This document shows positions 9,679-20,004 of a stretch of DNA of 64,000 nt, piece by piece. The notes beneath the pieces are model-generated. The model searched no databases. It saw only the letters and a program-made list of their open reading frames with translations, and had not been told where the DNA came from. The position numbers were made by a program, and so were the translations under genes. The number at the start of each line of letters is the position of its first letter. The first letter of the stretch is position 1. The DNA lies in the NCBI GenBank assembly GCA_965242695.1, contig CBDESU010000001.1, positions 1,408,001 to 1,472,000 on the forward strand, in the 5' to 3' direction. The DNA is from Cenarchaeum sp. GTDB taxonomy: Archaea > Thermoproteota > Nitrososphaeria > Nitrososphaerales > Nitrosopumilaceae.

Positions 9679-10671
9679 TTGCATGGCAGGTGCATCGGGC
9701 ACCTGCCATTGAGCCAGCTGCGCGGCGCCGCCTCCATCGCGGCAGTAGTGGCCGTTCTGGCCGCGTGTGCACCACTCCAGGCCGACGAGGTGCACACCCA
9801 ACAGGGCGATCGGGTGCCGGCGTGGGTAAAGCAGGTCTGGGTTCTATGTCGACGAGCAGAGATCCGAGGCGAGTCCCTCGGCGCCCTGGCACACCTCATA
9901 GAGAACGGCATCATGAAGGTATCAGAGCCCGATGAACGCGGCATTGCGGACAGGGGCGACTTTTGCGTAGTGTACGAGGTAAATCCAAACTCGGCGCGCA
10001 TGGAGCGCGGCACGGCCGCGTCATGGCTAGAGGGCACGCGCCTGCTCGACGACAACGTAGAGTGGCTCAACTCCGTCTACAGGCTCCCGCAAGACGTCGA
10101 GGTCAGGGCGGCCGAGTGCGGCACGGTCAACGCGTTCTACAGCCCGGGCGAAAGGGCGATCATCATGTGCTACGAGCTTGTGACGCACCTCCTTGACGCG
10201 GGGTACGAGATGTACGGCGGCGACCCCGACGCGGCCGAGGACTTTGCCTACAACGTCCTTGACGGCGTCATGCTGCACGAGGTCGGGCACGCCCTCGTCG
10301 ACGTGTACGACCTTCCGACGACCGGCATGGAAGAGGACGCCGTCGACCAGTTTAGCGCCATGATCCAGTCGCGCACGTACGACGAGCACGATCCCACCTA
10401 CGACGTGGGGCGGATAATGATGCTCGACGTGAGCGACTGGTGGGACTACGAGTCGCAGTACGGGCCGTCCCGCTACTGGGACGTCCACTCGCTCGACGAG
10501 CAGCGGTTCTACAACATTGCCTGCTACGCGTACGGGTCGGATCCCGTCGGCAACGCCGACCTGGTCGGCATCGACTACCTGCATCCTAGCAGGGCAAAGA
10601 CCTGCCCACAAGAGTACAAGCAGATGTCGTCGAGCTGGGATCGGCTCTTGGACGGGTACCTGGTCGAGTAG
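9679..10671 (+). CDS. DUF4344-type metallopeptidase paralog 2 (start uncertain, N-terminus partly degenerate)
   Basis: VPAWVK, HEVGH, EEDAVDQ and QRFYNIAC; C-terminal SSSWDRLLDGYLVE. Confidence 0.8.
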   Translation: MHGRCIGHLPLSQLRGAASIAAVVAVLAACAPLQADEVHTQQGDRVPAWVKQVWVLCRRAEIRGESLGALAHLIENGIMKVSEPDERGIADRGDFCVVYEVNPNSARMERGTAASWLEGTRLLDDNVEWLNSVYRLPQDVEVRAAECGTVNAFYSPGERAIIMCYELVTHLLDAGYEMYGGDPDAAEDFAYNVLDGVMLHEVGHALVDVYDLPTTGMEEDAVDQFSAMIQSRTYDEHDPTYDVGRIMMLDVSDWWDYESQYGPSRYWDVHSLDEQRFYNIACYAYGSDPVGNADLVGIDYLHPSRAKTCPQEYKQMSSSWDRLLDGYLVE

Positions 10672-10990
10672 GGGCGGCAGTAGCGGACGGGGCCAGGCGC
10701 GCGCATGCGGGCGCATCAGCCTGTCGCGCGGCGCATCCAGGCATTTTGCACGTTTATAGCACTGGCCCGGCGGCCAGCGGGCATGCCTAGGCAGAGCAGG
10801 GGCCCGGCTGAAAGTCCGACAGGCGCAGGCGCCTGCGCGGGTAGGCCGATTGCCGGCGCTCCCGCAGCGCGATCTGCGCTGCCCCGCATCCCGCAGGAAC
10901 GGGGCCGGCGCGAAGGGGGCGCCCGGAGGCACGCCAGATCCCGCATGTGGCCGGCGGCGCCGGCGCGGGGCCGCGTGGGGTGACGGCGGC

Positions 10991-12139
10991 ATGAAGATCG
11001 CGCTGTTCCTAGGGGCAGGCGCATCCACGCCGTACGGCATGCCGACGACGAGTGAGCTGCTGGAGAGGATCCGGCGCGGCGCGGCGGACATTCCGCTCAA
11101 GGGCCTCTTGGACAGCCCCGACGTCTCCGACATCGAGCATGTCCTGGCCGCGCTCAACGATGTGGGGCAGTTTGCGGGGTCGCCCGGCGGCAGGGCCTAC
11201 GCCAAGTCGGCCAAAGACGAATTCCCCAGCTATGCCGCCGCCGCGGCTCAAGCCAAAAGGGCCATAGAAGAGTGCATGTACGCCAGCTACCGGTGGGATC
11301 CAGATCACAACCACACCGCAGAGTCGGTGCTGGGCATGCTTTTCAGGTTCGTCCGGGAGAGCGGGGGCCGTGCCACGGTCTTTACCACCAACTTTGACAC
11401 CGCCGTAGAGGAGTACTGCAAGAGCTCCCCCGAGAACGTCGGCGAGATCATCCGGTACGTCGACGGATTCGCCCCCAACGGGGCGAGAAACATGATCGTG
11501 TGGAAGAACGACTTTTCCGGCGGCGGCGGCGGCGGCGGCGGACAGGAGGTGCTCCTGTACAAGCTGCACGGATCGCTGAGCTGGTCGTCTAGGCGCAACT
11601 CCGACATGTACCTCATCGGCTCCCGCATTCCGGATGCCATAGTCCAAAAGCCCGACACGAGCCCGTCGGACGACACGAGCCGTGACGTGTACATACGGCC
11701 GCTGCTCGACGTCAAGGACGAGGCCACGCGGAAGAGCCCGTACTCCGAGATAAACAGAGCGTTCAGGAAGGCGCTCCCGTCGTTCGACGCGTGCGTTGCG
11801 ATCGGGTACTCGTTCAGGGATCGGCACATGCGCGAAACGTTCCTGCGCTTCGTCGAAAGGGGCAAGAAGCTGATCGTGGTGAGCCCCACCGCCGCGGCCG
11901 ACGTCCACAAAAACATCGTAGGGTGGGATCCCAAGGAAGGCGATCCGGAAGAGTGGGCAGGGCATCCGGTGTGCCACCTCTCGTACAGGGGGCCGCGCGG
12001 CGAGGGGGAGGTCTACGCCGTCCACCGCAAGATCGGCGCGGACGAAATGAACGACGTGCTGAACGCCGTGGAGTCGATCATCAAGGAGGAAGCCTCGCCC
12101 CACCGCATCGAGCCGCTGGCGCTCAACCCCGACTGCTGA
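10991..12139 (+). CDS. SIR2-like (SIR2_2) protein, probable NADase defence effector
   Basis: LFLGAGAS, FTTNFD, YVDGF, LYKLHGS and IGYSFRD motifs; ATG at 10991. Confidence 0.88.
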   Translation: MKIALFLGAGASTPYGMPTTSELLERIRRGAADIPLKGLLDSPDVSDIEHVLAALNDVGQFAGSPGGRAYAKSAKDEFPSYAAAAAQAKRAIEECMYASYRWDPDHNHTAESVLGMLFRFVRESGGRATVFTTNFDTAVEEYCKSSPENVGEIIRYVDGFAPNGARNMIVWKNDFSGGGGGGGGQEVLLYKLHGSLSWSSRRNSDMYLIGSRIPDAIVQKPDTSPSDDTSRDVYIRPLLDVKDEATRKSPYSEINRAFRKALPSFDACVAIGYSFRDRHMRETFLRFVERGKKLIVVSPTAAADVHKNIVGWDPKEGDPEEWAGHPVCHLSYRGPRGEGEVYAVHRKIGADEMNDVLNAVESIIKEEASPHRIEPLALNPDC

Positions 12140-12226
12140 CCGCGGCTCGTCGCGGCCTACGCCAGGCACCGCCCCCCGCCCCCGCACCCCGCTAGCCTTA
12201 CATGGCAGGGGCATCCGGCGCCGGCC

Positions 12227-13192
12227 ATGAGGCGCCTTCATGTCGCCGCCTGCATCGCGGCGGTGGCGGCGGTTGTCGCGGCCGCAATTCCGCTCCTGGC
12301 CGAAGAGGCGCACGCGCAGCAGGAGGGCGATCGGGTGCCGGCGTGGGTAAAGCAGGTGTTCGGGTACTACGTGAACGGGCAGATATCCGAGGACGAGATC
12401 CTCGGCGCCCTAAAGTACCTCATAGAGAACGGCATCATGGAGGTCGCAGAGCCCGAGGATCGCGGCATTGCCGACAGGGGCGACTTTTACGTAGAGTACG
12501 GCCCAAACCCGAGCTCGCCGTACCCCGACTACACGGCGGCCGAGTGGCTCCAGGACATGCGCCTGCTCGACGACAATGCGGGGTGGCTCAACGACAACTA
12601 CAGGCTCCCGTACGACGTCAAGGTCGAGGGCGCCGAGTGCGGCACGGAGAACGCGTTCTACATCCCGGGCAAAAAGGCGATTAGAATGTGCTACGAGCTC
12701 GTCGATGCCGCCTTCAGGGCCGGCGATGCCGTGTACGGCGGCGATCCAGAGGCGGCCGTCGAGTTCGCCTACAACGTCGTAGACGGCATCATGATGCACG
12801 AGGTAGGGCATGCACTCGTCGACGTGTACGACCTTCCGACGACCGGCATGGAGGAGGATGCGGTCGACCAGTTCAGCGCCCTCATACAGTCGCGGACGTA
12901 CGGCGACTACGATCCCTACTACGAGACGGGGCGGAACATGATGCTCGACATGGCCGGATGGTGGGACTACATGTCGCAGTATACGGAGGCCCCATACAGG
13001 GCTGTCCACTCGCTCAACGAGTAGAGGTTCTACAACCTTGCATGCTACGTGTACGGGGCCGACCCAGAGTACAACCGGGACCTGCTTGGCTTCGACTACC
13101 TCCCCCAGTCGAGGGCAAAGACCTGCCCCGGCGAGTACGAGCGGATGTCGTCGAGCTGGGACAGGCTCTTGGACGGGTACCTGGTCGGGTAG
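12227..13192 (+). pseudogene. DUF4344-type metallopeptidase paralog 3 with in-frame TAG at 13022-13024
   Basis: HSLNE*RFYNLAC where paralogs have Q or R; the frame continues to the homologous stop at 13190-13192. Confidence 0.85.
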
Positions 13193-13194
13193 GG

Positions 13195-13297
13195 GCGGCG
13201 GCCGACAGGACCGGCGCAGGTGGTCCCACTTTGCAAGGAAAGATATGCGCGCGGCGATCTTCGGGCGGCGGCCGACAGGACCGGCGCAGGTGGTCCC
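13195..13297. repeat. Direct repeat of about 34 nt (GGCGGCGGCCGACAGGACCGGCGCAGGTGGTCCC), two copies
   Basis: Copies start near 13195 and 13264. Confidence 0.75.
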
Positions 13298-13634
13298 GCC
13301 CCAAGGCCACAACGCTGGCTAGCATACCAGAGCTCCTGCCGCGGCTCCCTCCTGCACAGCCGCCGAGGTTGGAGTCTGAGGCGCCGCGGCGGATCGGGCG
13401 GCGGCCCCTTGCACAGGCGGCGCCCTGAGGCGCCGCGGAACCCTCTTGTGTCGGGCCGACGGCGCGAGTGGCCACCCTGCACAGGCGGCGCCCGCAGGCA
13501 TGCACGGGCGGCAGGCGGCACAGATCGCGCGGTGGCCCCGATCGGGGCCTACGAGGGCGCCAAAGCCGCGAAGTCGGCCCAAATCTCCTTAAAAGGGAGT
13601 AGGTTTATATCCCCACCGTGGCCGCTCGCCCGGC

Positions 13635-13850
13635 ATGGCAGAAGCATTGTGGACAGCCGAAGACACAAAAATCTGCGAGGAGGGCATCGCCAGCGGCCAA
13701 GCGGTGCACAGGGCAACCGGCAAGCCGGTGACCTTTGAGGACCTTCAAAAGTTGCATACGGAGTACGGCAAGGTAAGGGACACGGTAGACGGCGAGGCCT
13801 TTTTCAAGGAAAAGGTGCGCAGCGTGCCATTCGGGTCCGTTGCCCTATAG
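13635..13850 (+). CDS. Small protein, putative antitoxin
   Basis: TTTATA box at about 13603-13608; overlaps the downstream RelE-like ORF; lower GC than flanks. Confidence 0.6.
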   Translation: MAEALWTAEDTKICEEGIASGQAVHRATGKPVTFEDLQKLHTEYGKVRDTVDGEAFFKEKVRSVPFGSVAL

Positions 13851-14067
13851 GACATCCGATGCCTTCGACAAGGCATACCTGCTAACTTTTTATAACCGCC
13901 GCCTCCTTATCGACAGCTGCATCAAGGCCCTAGAGGAGGGCAGGGCCTGCATAGTCGAGTGCGGCACCGGGGACGATCTGCGCTATGCGGAGTACGGCAT
14001 ATGCCGCGTGTACTTTAGGGGCGATATGCTCGTCAGCGCAAAGTTCATAGTGCGTGGATCGTCCTAG
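13840..14067 (+). CDS. Small protein, putative RelE/ParE-fold toxin
   Basis: 75 aa; N-terminal 'YRTSDAFDKAY' and C-terminal 'CRVYF' resemble the RelE/ParE pattern; bicistronic layout. Confidence 0.45.
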   Translation: MPYRTSDAFDKAYLLTFYNRRLLIDSCIKALEEGRACIVECGTGDDLRYAEYGICRVYFRGDMLVSAKFIVRGSS

Positions 14068-14110
14068 CCAAGCGGCGGGGGACTCCCCGGCAGGACTAGT
14101 GCACTCACTC

Positions 14111-16480
14111 TCAGGGGGCATGCTGGGGGGCCGCGGCCCCTCGCGCGGAAGCGACGGAGGACAGGTCGCTCCAGAACCCCTTGAAGCTTGGCCGCCCCTT
14201 TCCTAGGCGGTACTCGACGATCTTTGCGACCGCTGCAAGGCAGGAGTCGAGCTGCCCCGGGCTCGGAGGAGAATTTAGGGACAGTGCGAATGCGCCGCAC
14301 CTCCGTGCCCGGCCCACGGCGGCAGGAGAGACCGCGCCGGCAGGGTCGGCCGAGCCCACCGCAAGGCACTCCCGGTCCAGGCCCGGAGGGGCATCGCCGC
14401 CGACGAGCAGTATTGCGGCCCCGTTGAAGCCCGGCTCGGCGCCCGACATGGCGCTTATGATCGACATGGCCACCGCCGGATCCTGGGCGTCGACCGCGAC
14501 GAGGTAGAATCTGTCGTCGCTCGACTCAACTGCGGCGGCGGCGATGCGCACGCTCCGATCGCCCAGATCCGCATCAAAGGGGGCATCCAGTTGCGTCGCA
14601 TCGCCCACGCCGAAGCTTATTCCCTTGCGCTCCTTGAATGCCCGCGCCAGCAGATCGATGGAGACGGTACGGACCATGGCTAGGTTGTTCCTTGAGGCGT
14701 CCGTGTGGCCCCGCAAAACGTCGGGAGAGGCCGACGGCTGGCCGGGCCGTCCCACATCCGCGCGGCACTGTGCCATGCCGTCGGGCAGCGAGACGGGGAC
14801 AATGTCCCCGATTGCGGAGATCAGAAGGTCGGGCCGGTCATCGGCCGCGTCCCGTCCAAAGCCCCCGCCGTGCCCGTCCAGCACGCTGCGGCAGTCGGCA
14901 AGGTCGGCCATCGCGGCCAGCAGCGAGTCGTACGCGCCGGCAAACGCGCGCTCCTCCTCCACGTGCGTCCCCCCCTTGAACGAGGAAAGCCTGCCCTGCG
15001 CCACGTATGCATCGCCGCTCCTCTTCAGGTACCCCTCGGCGATGAGCGCATCCAAGAGATCCCGCGCCGCCGACGCCTCGTGGGGCTTGAGATCCCTCCT
15101 CTCGCCGCCGATGCTGATGTGCGACTCGCCCGCCTCTACCGGGACGCCCGGGGTCGACTCCAGCGCTGCGGCCACATCGTACATCGCATCCAGCATGCCG
15201 TCGTTCTTCTCCTGCATCGATGGCAGGTCGAAGGCCTTTCGATCGTATACGTACCTGATCGCCCTCTGCAGGTTGGCCGCGGTCGCCTCGGCGTCGCCCA
15301 GGGCCGCCCTTATGACCGGTCGCCCCCGCCCGTCCGTCTCCGCCCTGCGGTCGCGTATGGCCCTGTACAGGTCGAAAAAGTCGGCCCTTGACCTGTAGCA
15401 AAGGTAGCAGCGCAGGTCGTCGTACTGTTCGTCCGTCAACCCGCCGCCACGCTCCTCGGCGATCTCGTCGATGAACGCATCCATTTCCCCGAACAGCGAG
15501 CGCCGAACATACAGGCGCTCGGAGAACACGGTGTAGTTTGGGCCCTGCCTGTCGTCTAGGTCGCCCTCCCTGTCGGGGGACGTGATGAATACGTAGAGCG
15601 CGCCGCCCTGGTTGATGAGCATCTTGAGCGGGGCCATGACGGCGGCGATGCCCCCAGTGTGATCGGCCTTGTCGAACTCGTCGAGTATGAACACGATCTT
15701 GTGCCGCCCGGCGTGCCTCTGCAACATCCGCTCAAAGTCGCACTGCGTGTCGGCAAGGCCGTACTCGTGGCGCAGCATGTCCGTGGCCGCGCTGCGCCTC
15801 GCGCCGCGGTAGTTCGCCGTAGCCATGGCCGAGAGCGCGGCAGCGGCAGCGGCGCCGAGCGCGGCCGGCGCCCACGCATGCTCGTCGAGGAGCGCGTATC
15901 CGAGCAGGAGTAGGACCGGGGCCGCCACGCACGAGAGGCATGCGCCGACGGCAAGCGACCGCGTCCATTCCGTGGACGAGGTGCGCACGCTGGTCTTTTT
16001 TGCCGCGGTGGCGCTCTCGTAGATGCGGTCGAGATCGCCGCGCATGCCGCCGTCGATGGGATCGCGCGTACGGCTGCGGCTGCAACGCAGCAGCCTGCGG
16101 ACTCGGCCCAGGCGCCCCCGCATGCCGCCGCCGGCCGGGCCGTCGCGCGCGGCCTCGCGCCGCAGGGATCGGATGAGCGCCTCCAGGAACGACCTTGCGT
16201 CGACGGAGCCGTCCGGGTTTATCGACGTGGCCCGGATAAGGACGGGGACGAGCGTCCTGCCGTCTGGGCTGCGGCGCACTGCCTCGTTGACCGCCGCGAC
16301 GACCAGGCTGGTCTTGCCCGAGCCGCGCCGCCCGACCACGAGCAGGGACCCCTCGTCGCGCCTCTCGACAAAGTCGGCAACGGCCCCCAGCTCGCCGCTC
16401 CTGCTGATGTGGTGGCCCCGGGTCTGGCCGAGCCGCGGCTGGTAGTCCCAGTCGCCGCTTATGGCAAGGGTCGGGGGCAC
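14111..16480 (-). CDS. P-loop NTPase with two transmembrane helices between Walker A and Walker B (KAP-like architecture)
   Basis: GRRGSGKT, a hydrophobic hairpin, then FILDEFD; TTAAAT box about 23 nt upstream of GTG. Confidence 0.8.
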   Translation of the reverse strand: MPPTLAISGDWDYQPRLGQTRGHHISRSGELGAVADFVERRDEGSLLVVGRRGSGKTSLVVAAVNEAVRRSPDGRTLVPVLIRATSINPDGSVDARSFLEALIRSLRREAARDGPAGGGMRGRLGRVRRLLRCSRSRTRDPIDGGMRGDLDRIYESATAAKKTSVRTSSTEWTRSLAVGACLSCVAAPVLLLLGYALLDEHAWAPAALGAAAAAALSAMATANYRGARRSAATDMLRHEYGLADTQCDFERMLQRHAGRHKIVFILDEFDKADHTGGIAAVMAPLKMLINQGGALYVFITSPDREGDLDDRQGPNYTVFSERLYVRRSLFGEMDAFIDEIAEERGGGLTDEQYDDLRCYLCYRSRADFFDLYRAIRDRRAETDGRGRPVIRAALGDAEATAANLQRAIRYVYDRKAFDLPSMQEKNDGMLDAMYDVAAALESTPGVPVEAGESHISIGGERRDLKPHEASAARDLLDALIAEGYLKRSGDAYVAQGRLSSFKGGTHVEEERAFAGAYDSLLAAMADLADCRSVLDGHGGGFGRDAADDRPDLLISAIGDIVPVSLPDGMAQCRADVGRPGQPSASPDVLRGHTDASRNNLAMVRTVSIDLLARAFKERKGISFGVGDATQLDAPFDADLGDRSVRIAAAAVESSDDRFYLVAVDAQDPAVAMSIISAMSGAEPGFNGAAILLVGGDAPPGLDRECLAVGSADPAGAVSPAAVGRARRCGAFALSLNSPPSPGQLDSCLAAVAKIVEYRLGKGRPSFKGFWSDLSSVASARGAAAPQHAP

Positions 16481-16784
16481 GGCGCGCGGGTACCGGCGGG
16501 GAATTTAACCGGCGCGCGGGAGGCACGATCGGCGGCCGAAGGGGACTTTTCGTTGCCGCTTGTCCGCCAAAGGGGCAGAGCCGCCTAGGGGCGCTGCGGT
16601 CGATCCGCAGATCGCTAGGAGAACGGCCACATTCCCGCCCGTGTCGCGGCCGCTTTTGGTGCAGGAAACGCCGCTATCTCGGGCCGCATGCGGCGGGCGC
16701 AGCAGGCGCAGGGCCCGCCATGCAGGGCAACGACCACATTCGCACGCGCACGAGCCACGTCAGGGGCCGATGCGGGGCCGGCCG

Positions 16785-17306
16785 CTAGTGCTTGGGAAAC
16801 CTCTTGACGTGCCACCTGCCGGCCCGCTTGGTGGCAATGTAGTACGGGACCCTGTTCCTGACCAGCGTGCCGGCCGCGGCCCCTACGGCCGCGCCGATCA
16901 GCGTGCCGGCAAGCACGGCCAGCGCGGCGCGCCCGCCGCCGTCTTTGGATCCTCCGGAAGCCGCGCCGCTCGCAGTCGCCCCCGCCCCCGCCCCCGCGAT
17001 TATCGCCTTCGCCGCGTGCGAGACGACGCTGGACACGATCGCCTTGAACGCCACGACGCCGATGTCCAGCAGCGCCCTGTCGATCCTCGGTATGATGTCC
17101 TTGCAGTCGCCTCCCGTGTACACCAGCTCGACGGTGGCCTGCACGACGCCGTCGCCCATGTCGACCTCCCTCATGGTGGCCGACTCGAGCCTGCACGCCT
17201 TCCCGATGCGCCCCATCACATGCTCCTCGACTGCCTTGCACCGCTCGTACGAGGGCCGTGCGCGGTAGCAGTTGCACTCGAGCAGTATGGAGCGGACATT
17301 CTTCAC
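16785..17306 (-). CDS. Hypothetical protein with C-terminal glycine-zipper membrane segment (cassette copy 1)
   Basis: Aligns over its length with 21176..21715 (SILLxCNCYR, ESATMRE, GxxxGAAVGAA, KRxGRW). Confidence 0.75.
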   Translation of the reverse strand: MKNVRSILLECNCYRARPSYERCKAVEEHVMGRIGKACRLESATMREVDMGDGVVQATVELVYTGGDCKDIIPRIDRALLDIGVVAFKAIVSSVVSHAAKAIIAGAGAGATASGAASGGSKDGGGRAALAVLAGTLIGAAVGAAAGTLVRNRVPYYIATKRAGRWHVKRFPKH

Positions 17307-17866
17307 GGTGCCCGCACCTCCCTTTGCGCCAGGGCCGGCGCGGGCGGCAGCATGCCGACGGCCGCCCCGACCAGCTCGCGCGCCCTGCGCCGGCCTCTCC
17401 CGGGCCGCGCGAACGAGGCCCAGTCGATCTCGGGGTACGATGCCAGGACCTACCTGGCCAGCATGGGGCCGTCGGCAGTCAGGTAGAACCTGCCGTCGGC
17501 AGTCCTGCATGCGCAGCCCGACCCGACAAGGTCGCGCACGGCTCGATCCTCCGGCACGGTCACGGCAGAGCCCGGCCCCACCGCCCCCTCGCCCAGCAGG
17601 CGCGCCATGATCCACGCGTCCTTTGTCGGGACGGGGTAGCACTCGGACTTTATGAGCGAGAACTGCGCATCGCTCGGGAGCGACGCCCATCCCCTCTCCG
17701 CCGCAGCGCCGCGCCACGACACGGCGTCGGCCACGATCCCGACCGCCCCGGCGCTCAGGCCGGTGCGCGCCGACACCTCGGCGTGCGACATCCCGCCCGC
17801 CTCGAGGAGCCGCATGGCCTCGCCGCAGGCGGCCGCCACATCGATCCCGCCGTCGGGCGCCTCCAT
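17303..17866 (-). pseudogene. HTH/wHTH protein (cassette copy 1) with in-frame TAG at 17450-17452
   Basis: Paralog of 21712..22275; YPEIDWA continues in frame after the TAG. Confidence 0.7.
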
Positions 17867-17914
17867 GCAGGTGCGCCGAAAAACCTAGTCATAAAGGTTG
17901 TCCGCGACGCGCGG

Positions 17915-18238
17915 GTAGAGCCCGATGATGTCGAAACGGCCGTGCTGGTGTGCATGCGCCTGAACGGGCTAGTCGGGAACGCGTACAGAAGCATCCAAAT
18001 CGTCGAGCGGAGCATCGGCTGGAAAAGGCTGGCGTCGCACTACCGCACAAGGGCCAGGTTTTCCGCCGTGGCGAAGAGGCTTGTCAAGAAGGGCATGCTG
18101 GACGACCACGGCAAGAGCATGCGGGTGCTGTCCCTGAGCATGAGGGGGTTCATGGACGTGAACGCGTACCTGAAGGACAACCCCGATGCCGAGGATTCCC
18201 TCACCCTGATTTTTGAGGGGCGGGCCGGCTCGACGTGA
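17915..18238 (+). CDS. Small winged-helix-like protein (cassette copy 1); start codon appears mutated (GTA)
   Basis: Paralog of 22326..22649 (DVETAVLV, ERSIGW, KRLVKxGxLDDHGKSMRVLSL). Confidence 0.6.
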   Translation, partial: VEPDDVETAVLVCMRLNGLVGNAYRSIQIVERSIGWKRLASHYRTRARFSAVAKRLVKKGMLDDHGKSMRVLSLSMRGFMDVNAYLKDNPDAEDSLTLIFEGRAGST

Positions 18239-18339
18239 CGAGGGCGGGCCGTGCGCGGCGCAGCCCGCATTGCGGCTGCGACGGCGGCCGCGGGCGCGCC
18301 CCTCTTGGCCGGAGAGTCGCACGGCAAGCGGGACTAACG

Positions 18340-19205
18340 GGCGCCGGCGTGGGTAAGGCAGGCGCTCGGATTCGACGTCGATGCCCAGATATCGAGTCCG
18401 AGATTCTTATCGCATTGGCGTGCCTCATAGAGAATGGCATCGTGTAGGTGTTGGAGCCGGCCGACTGCGGCATTGTGGGCAGGGGAGGCCTTTGCGGACG
18501 TGCGGGGCCAACCCGAGCTCGTTGCACCCCGACAGCACGGCCGCCGAGTGGCTCAAGGACATGTGCCTGCTCGAGGACAACGTGGAGTGGCTCAACTCGG
18601 TCCACAGACGCCCGCGCGATGTAGAGGTCGGGGGGGGGCGGGGGCCGGCAGAGTACGGCGTGGAGAATGCGTTCTACAGCAAGGACAAAAAGTCGACTGC
18701 GATGTGTTGTGAGTACGTGGATGCATCCATGAGAGGAGGCGCCGGCAAGTACGACGACCCCGATGCGGCAGGCGAGTTCGCCTACAGCGTCCTTGACTGC
18801 ACCATGCCGCACGAGGTCGGGCACGCCCTCATCGATGTGTACGGCCTTCCGACGACCGGCATGGAGGAGTATGCAGACGACCAGTTCAGCGCCCTCATCC
18901 AGTCGCGCACGTACGGCGACTACGACCCGTACTTCGAGACGGGGCAGGTCATGATGCTCGACATGTCCGAATGGTGGAGGTACGTGTCGGAGTACAGGGA
19001 GGCGAGCCACTGGGTCGTCCACTCGCTCAACGAGCGGCGGTTCTACAACATTGCATGCTACGCGTACGGGGCAGACCCAGAGTACAACGCCGATCTGGTC
19101 GGCCTCGACTACCTGCCCCACAGCAGGGCAAAGACGTGCCCCGGCGAGTACGAGAAGATGTCGTCGAGCTGGGACAGGCTCTTGGACGGGTACCTTGTGG
19201 AGTAG
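18340..19205 (+). pseudogene. DUF4344-type metallopeptidase paralog 4, 5'-degenerate
   Basis: PAWV and LIENGIV* remnant, frameshift, then HEVGH and RRFYNIAC through to GYLVE. Confidence 0.8.
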
Positions 19206-19570
19206 GGGCCGCGGCGGCGACAATGGCGCAGAATTGCAAGGACATCCGCAGCCCAAGGCCCTGACGGGAGAGGCATATCGGGTTCCGCCCCCCCCCCTCC
19301 CCCGATCGCCGCGCCGCGCCGCCTCCGGTACAGGCGCGGCCGGGCCGGCGCGGCTCCACCGATGTGGCATCCCAATGGCGGCCAGCCCCCCGGACTCGCG
19401 GGCGCAGTATGGGCGGCAGCAGTGGTCGCACTGGCTGCAAGGGAGTGGACGGCGGTGCGGGGGGCAAGGGCGGCGGACCACCTCGAGTCCGCCACAATGA
19501 CGGATGCGCGCGCGCGAGGAGCCCCGATGTGCGTGCAGGACTTAAAGCGTCCCGGCCCCGAGCCGCCGCG

Positions 19571-19885
19571 GTGAAGATAGGGGGAGTAGAGTTCGCAGGG
19601 CCGTACGAGGAGGAAAGGCTGCAGGGCAGGCCCGGCGTCTATGTCGTGCTGGACGAGAGGTACCACAACGGCGAGCCCTGGCACAATCCGGTCTACGTGG
19701 GCGAGGCAGAGCTAGTGCATAGGGAGGTCTGGGAGCACCCCGACAGGGAGTGCTGGGACGAGAACGTGGAGGGGATGATCGTCTTTGCGGTCCTGTACAT
19801 GGACGGCCTCAACGTGGCACACAGAAGGCGCATTGCGACAGAGGTGGAGGCCGAGTGCGGCGAGATTCCGTGCGGCGATCCCTGA
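19571..19885 (+). CDS. Small GIY-YIG-like nuclease-fold protein
   Basis: PGVYVV...VYVGEA motif; CTTAAA box about 24 nt upstream of GTG 19571. Confidence 0.65.
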   Translation: MKIGGVEFAGPYEEERLQGRPGVYVVLDERYHNGEPWHNPVYVGEAELVHREVWEHPDRECWDENVEGMIVFAVLYMDGLNVAHRRRIATEVEAECGEIPCGDP

Positions 19886-20004
19886 TCGTCGCCCCGACGG
19901 GACGGCTGCGGGGGCAACGGCGCCGCATGTCGGGGGATCACCGCCGTACAATCTGTCCATCAAGGTCCCGCATGCCTTCACCCCGGGCCCCGACACGGGT
20001 GCCA

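Noticed and set aside
13022-13024. Amber read-through or genetic-code variant suggested by in-frame TAGs (13022, 17450, 18445, 28190)
   Set aside because: The TAGs replace different residues (Q/R, D/E, E, W), often co-occur with frameshifts, and TAG is the normal stop of many intact genes here. No pyrrolysine machinery is visible.
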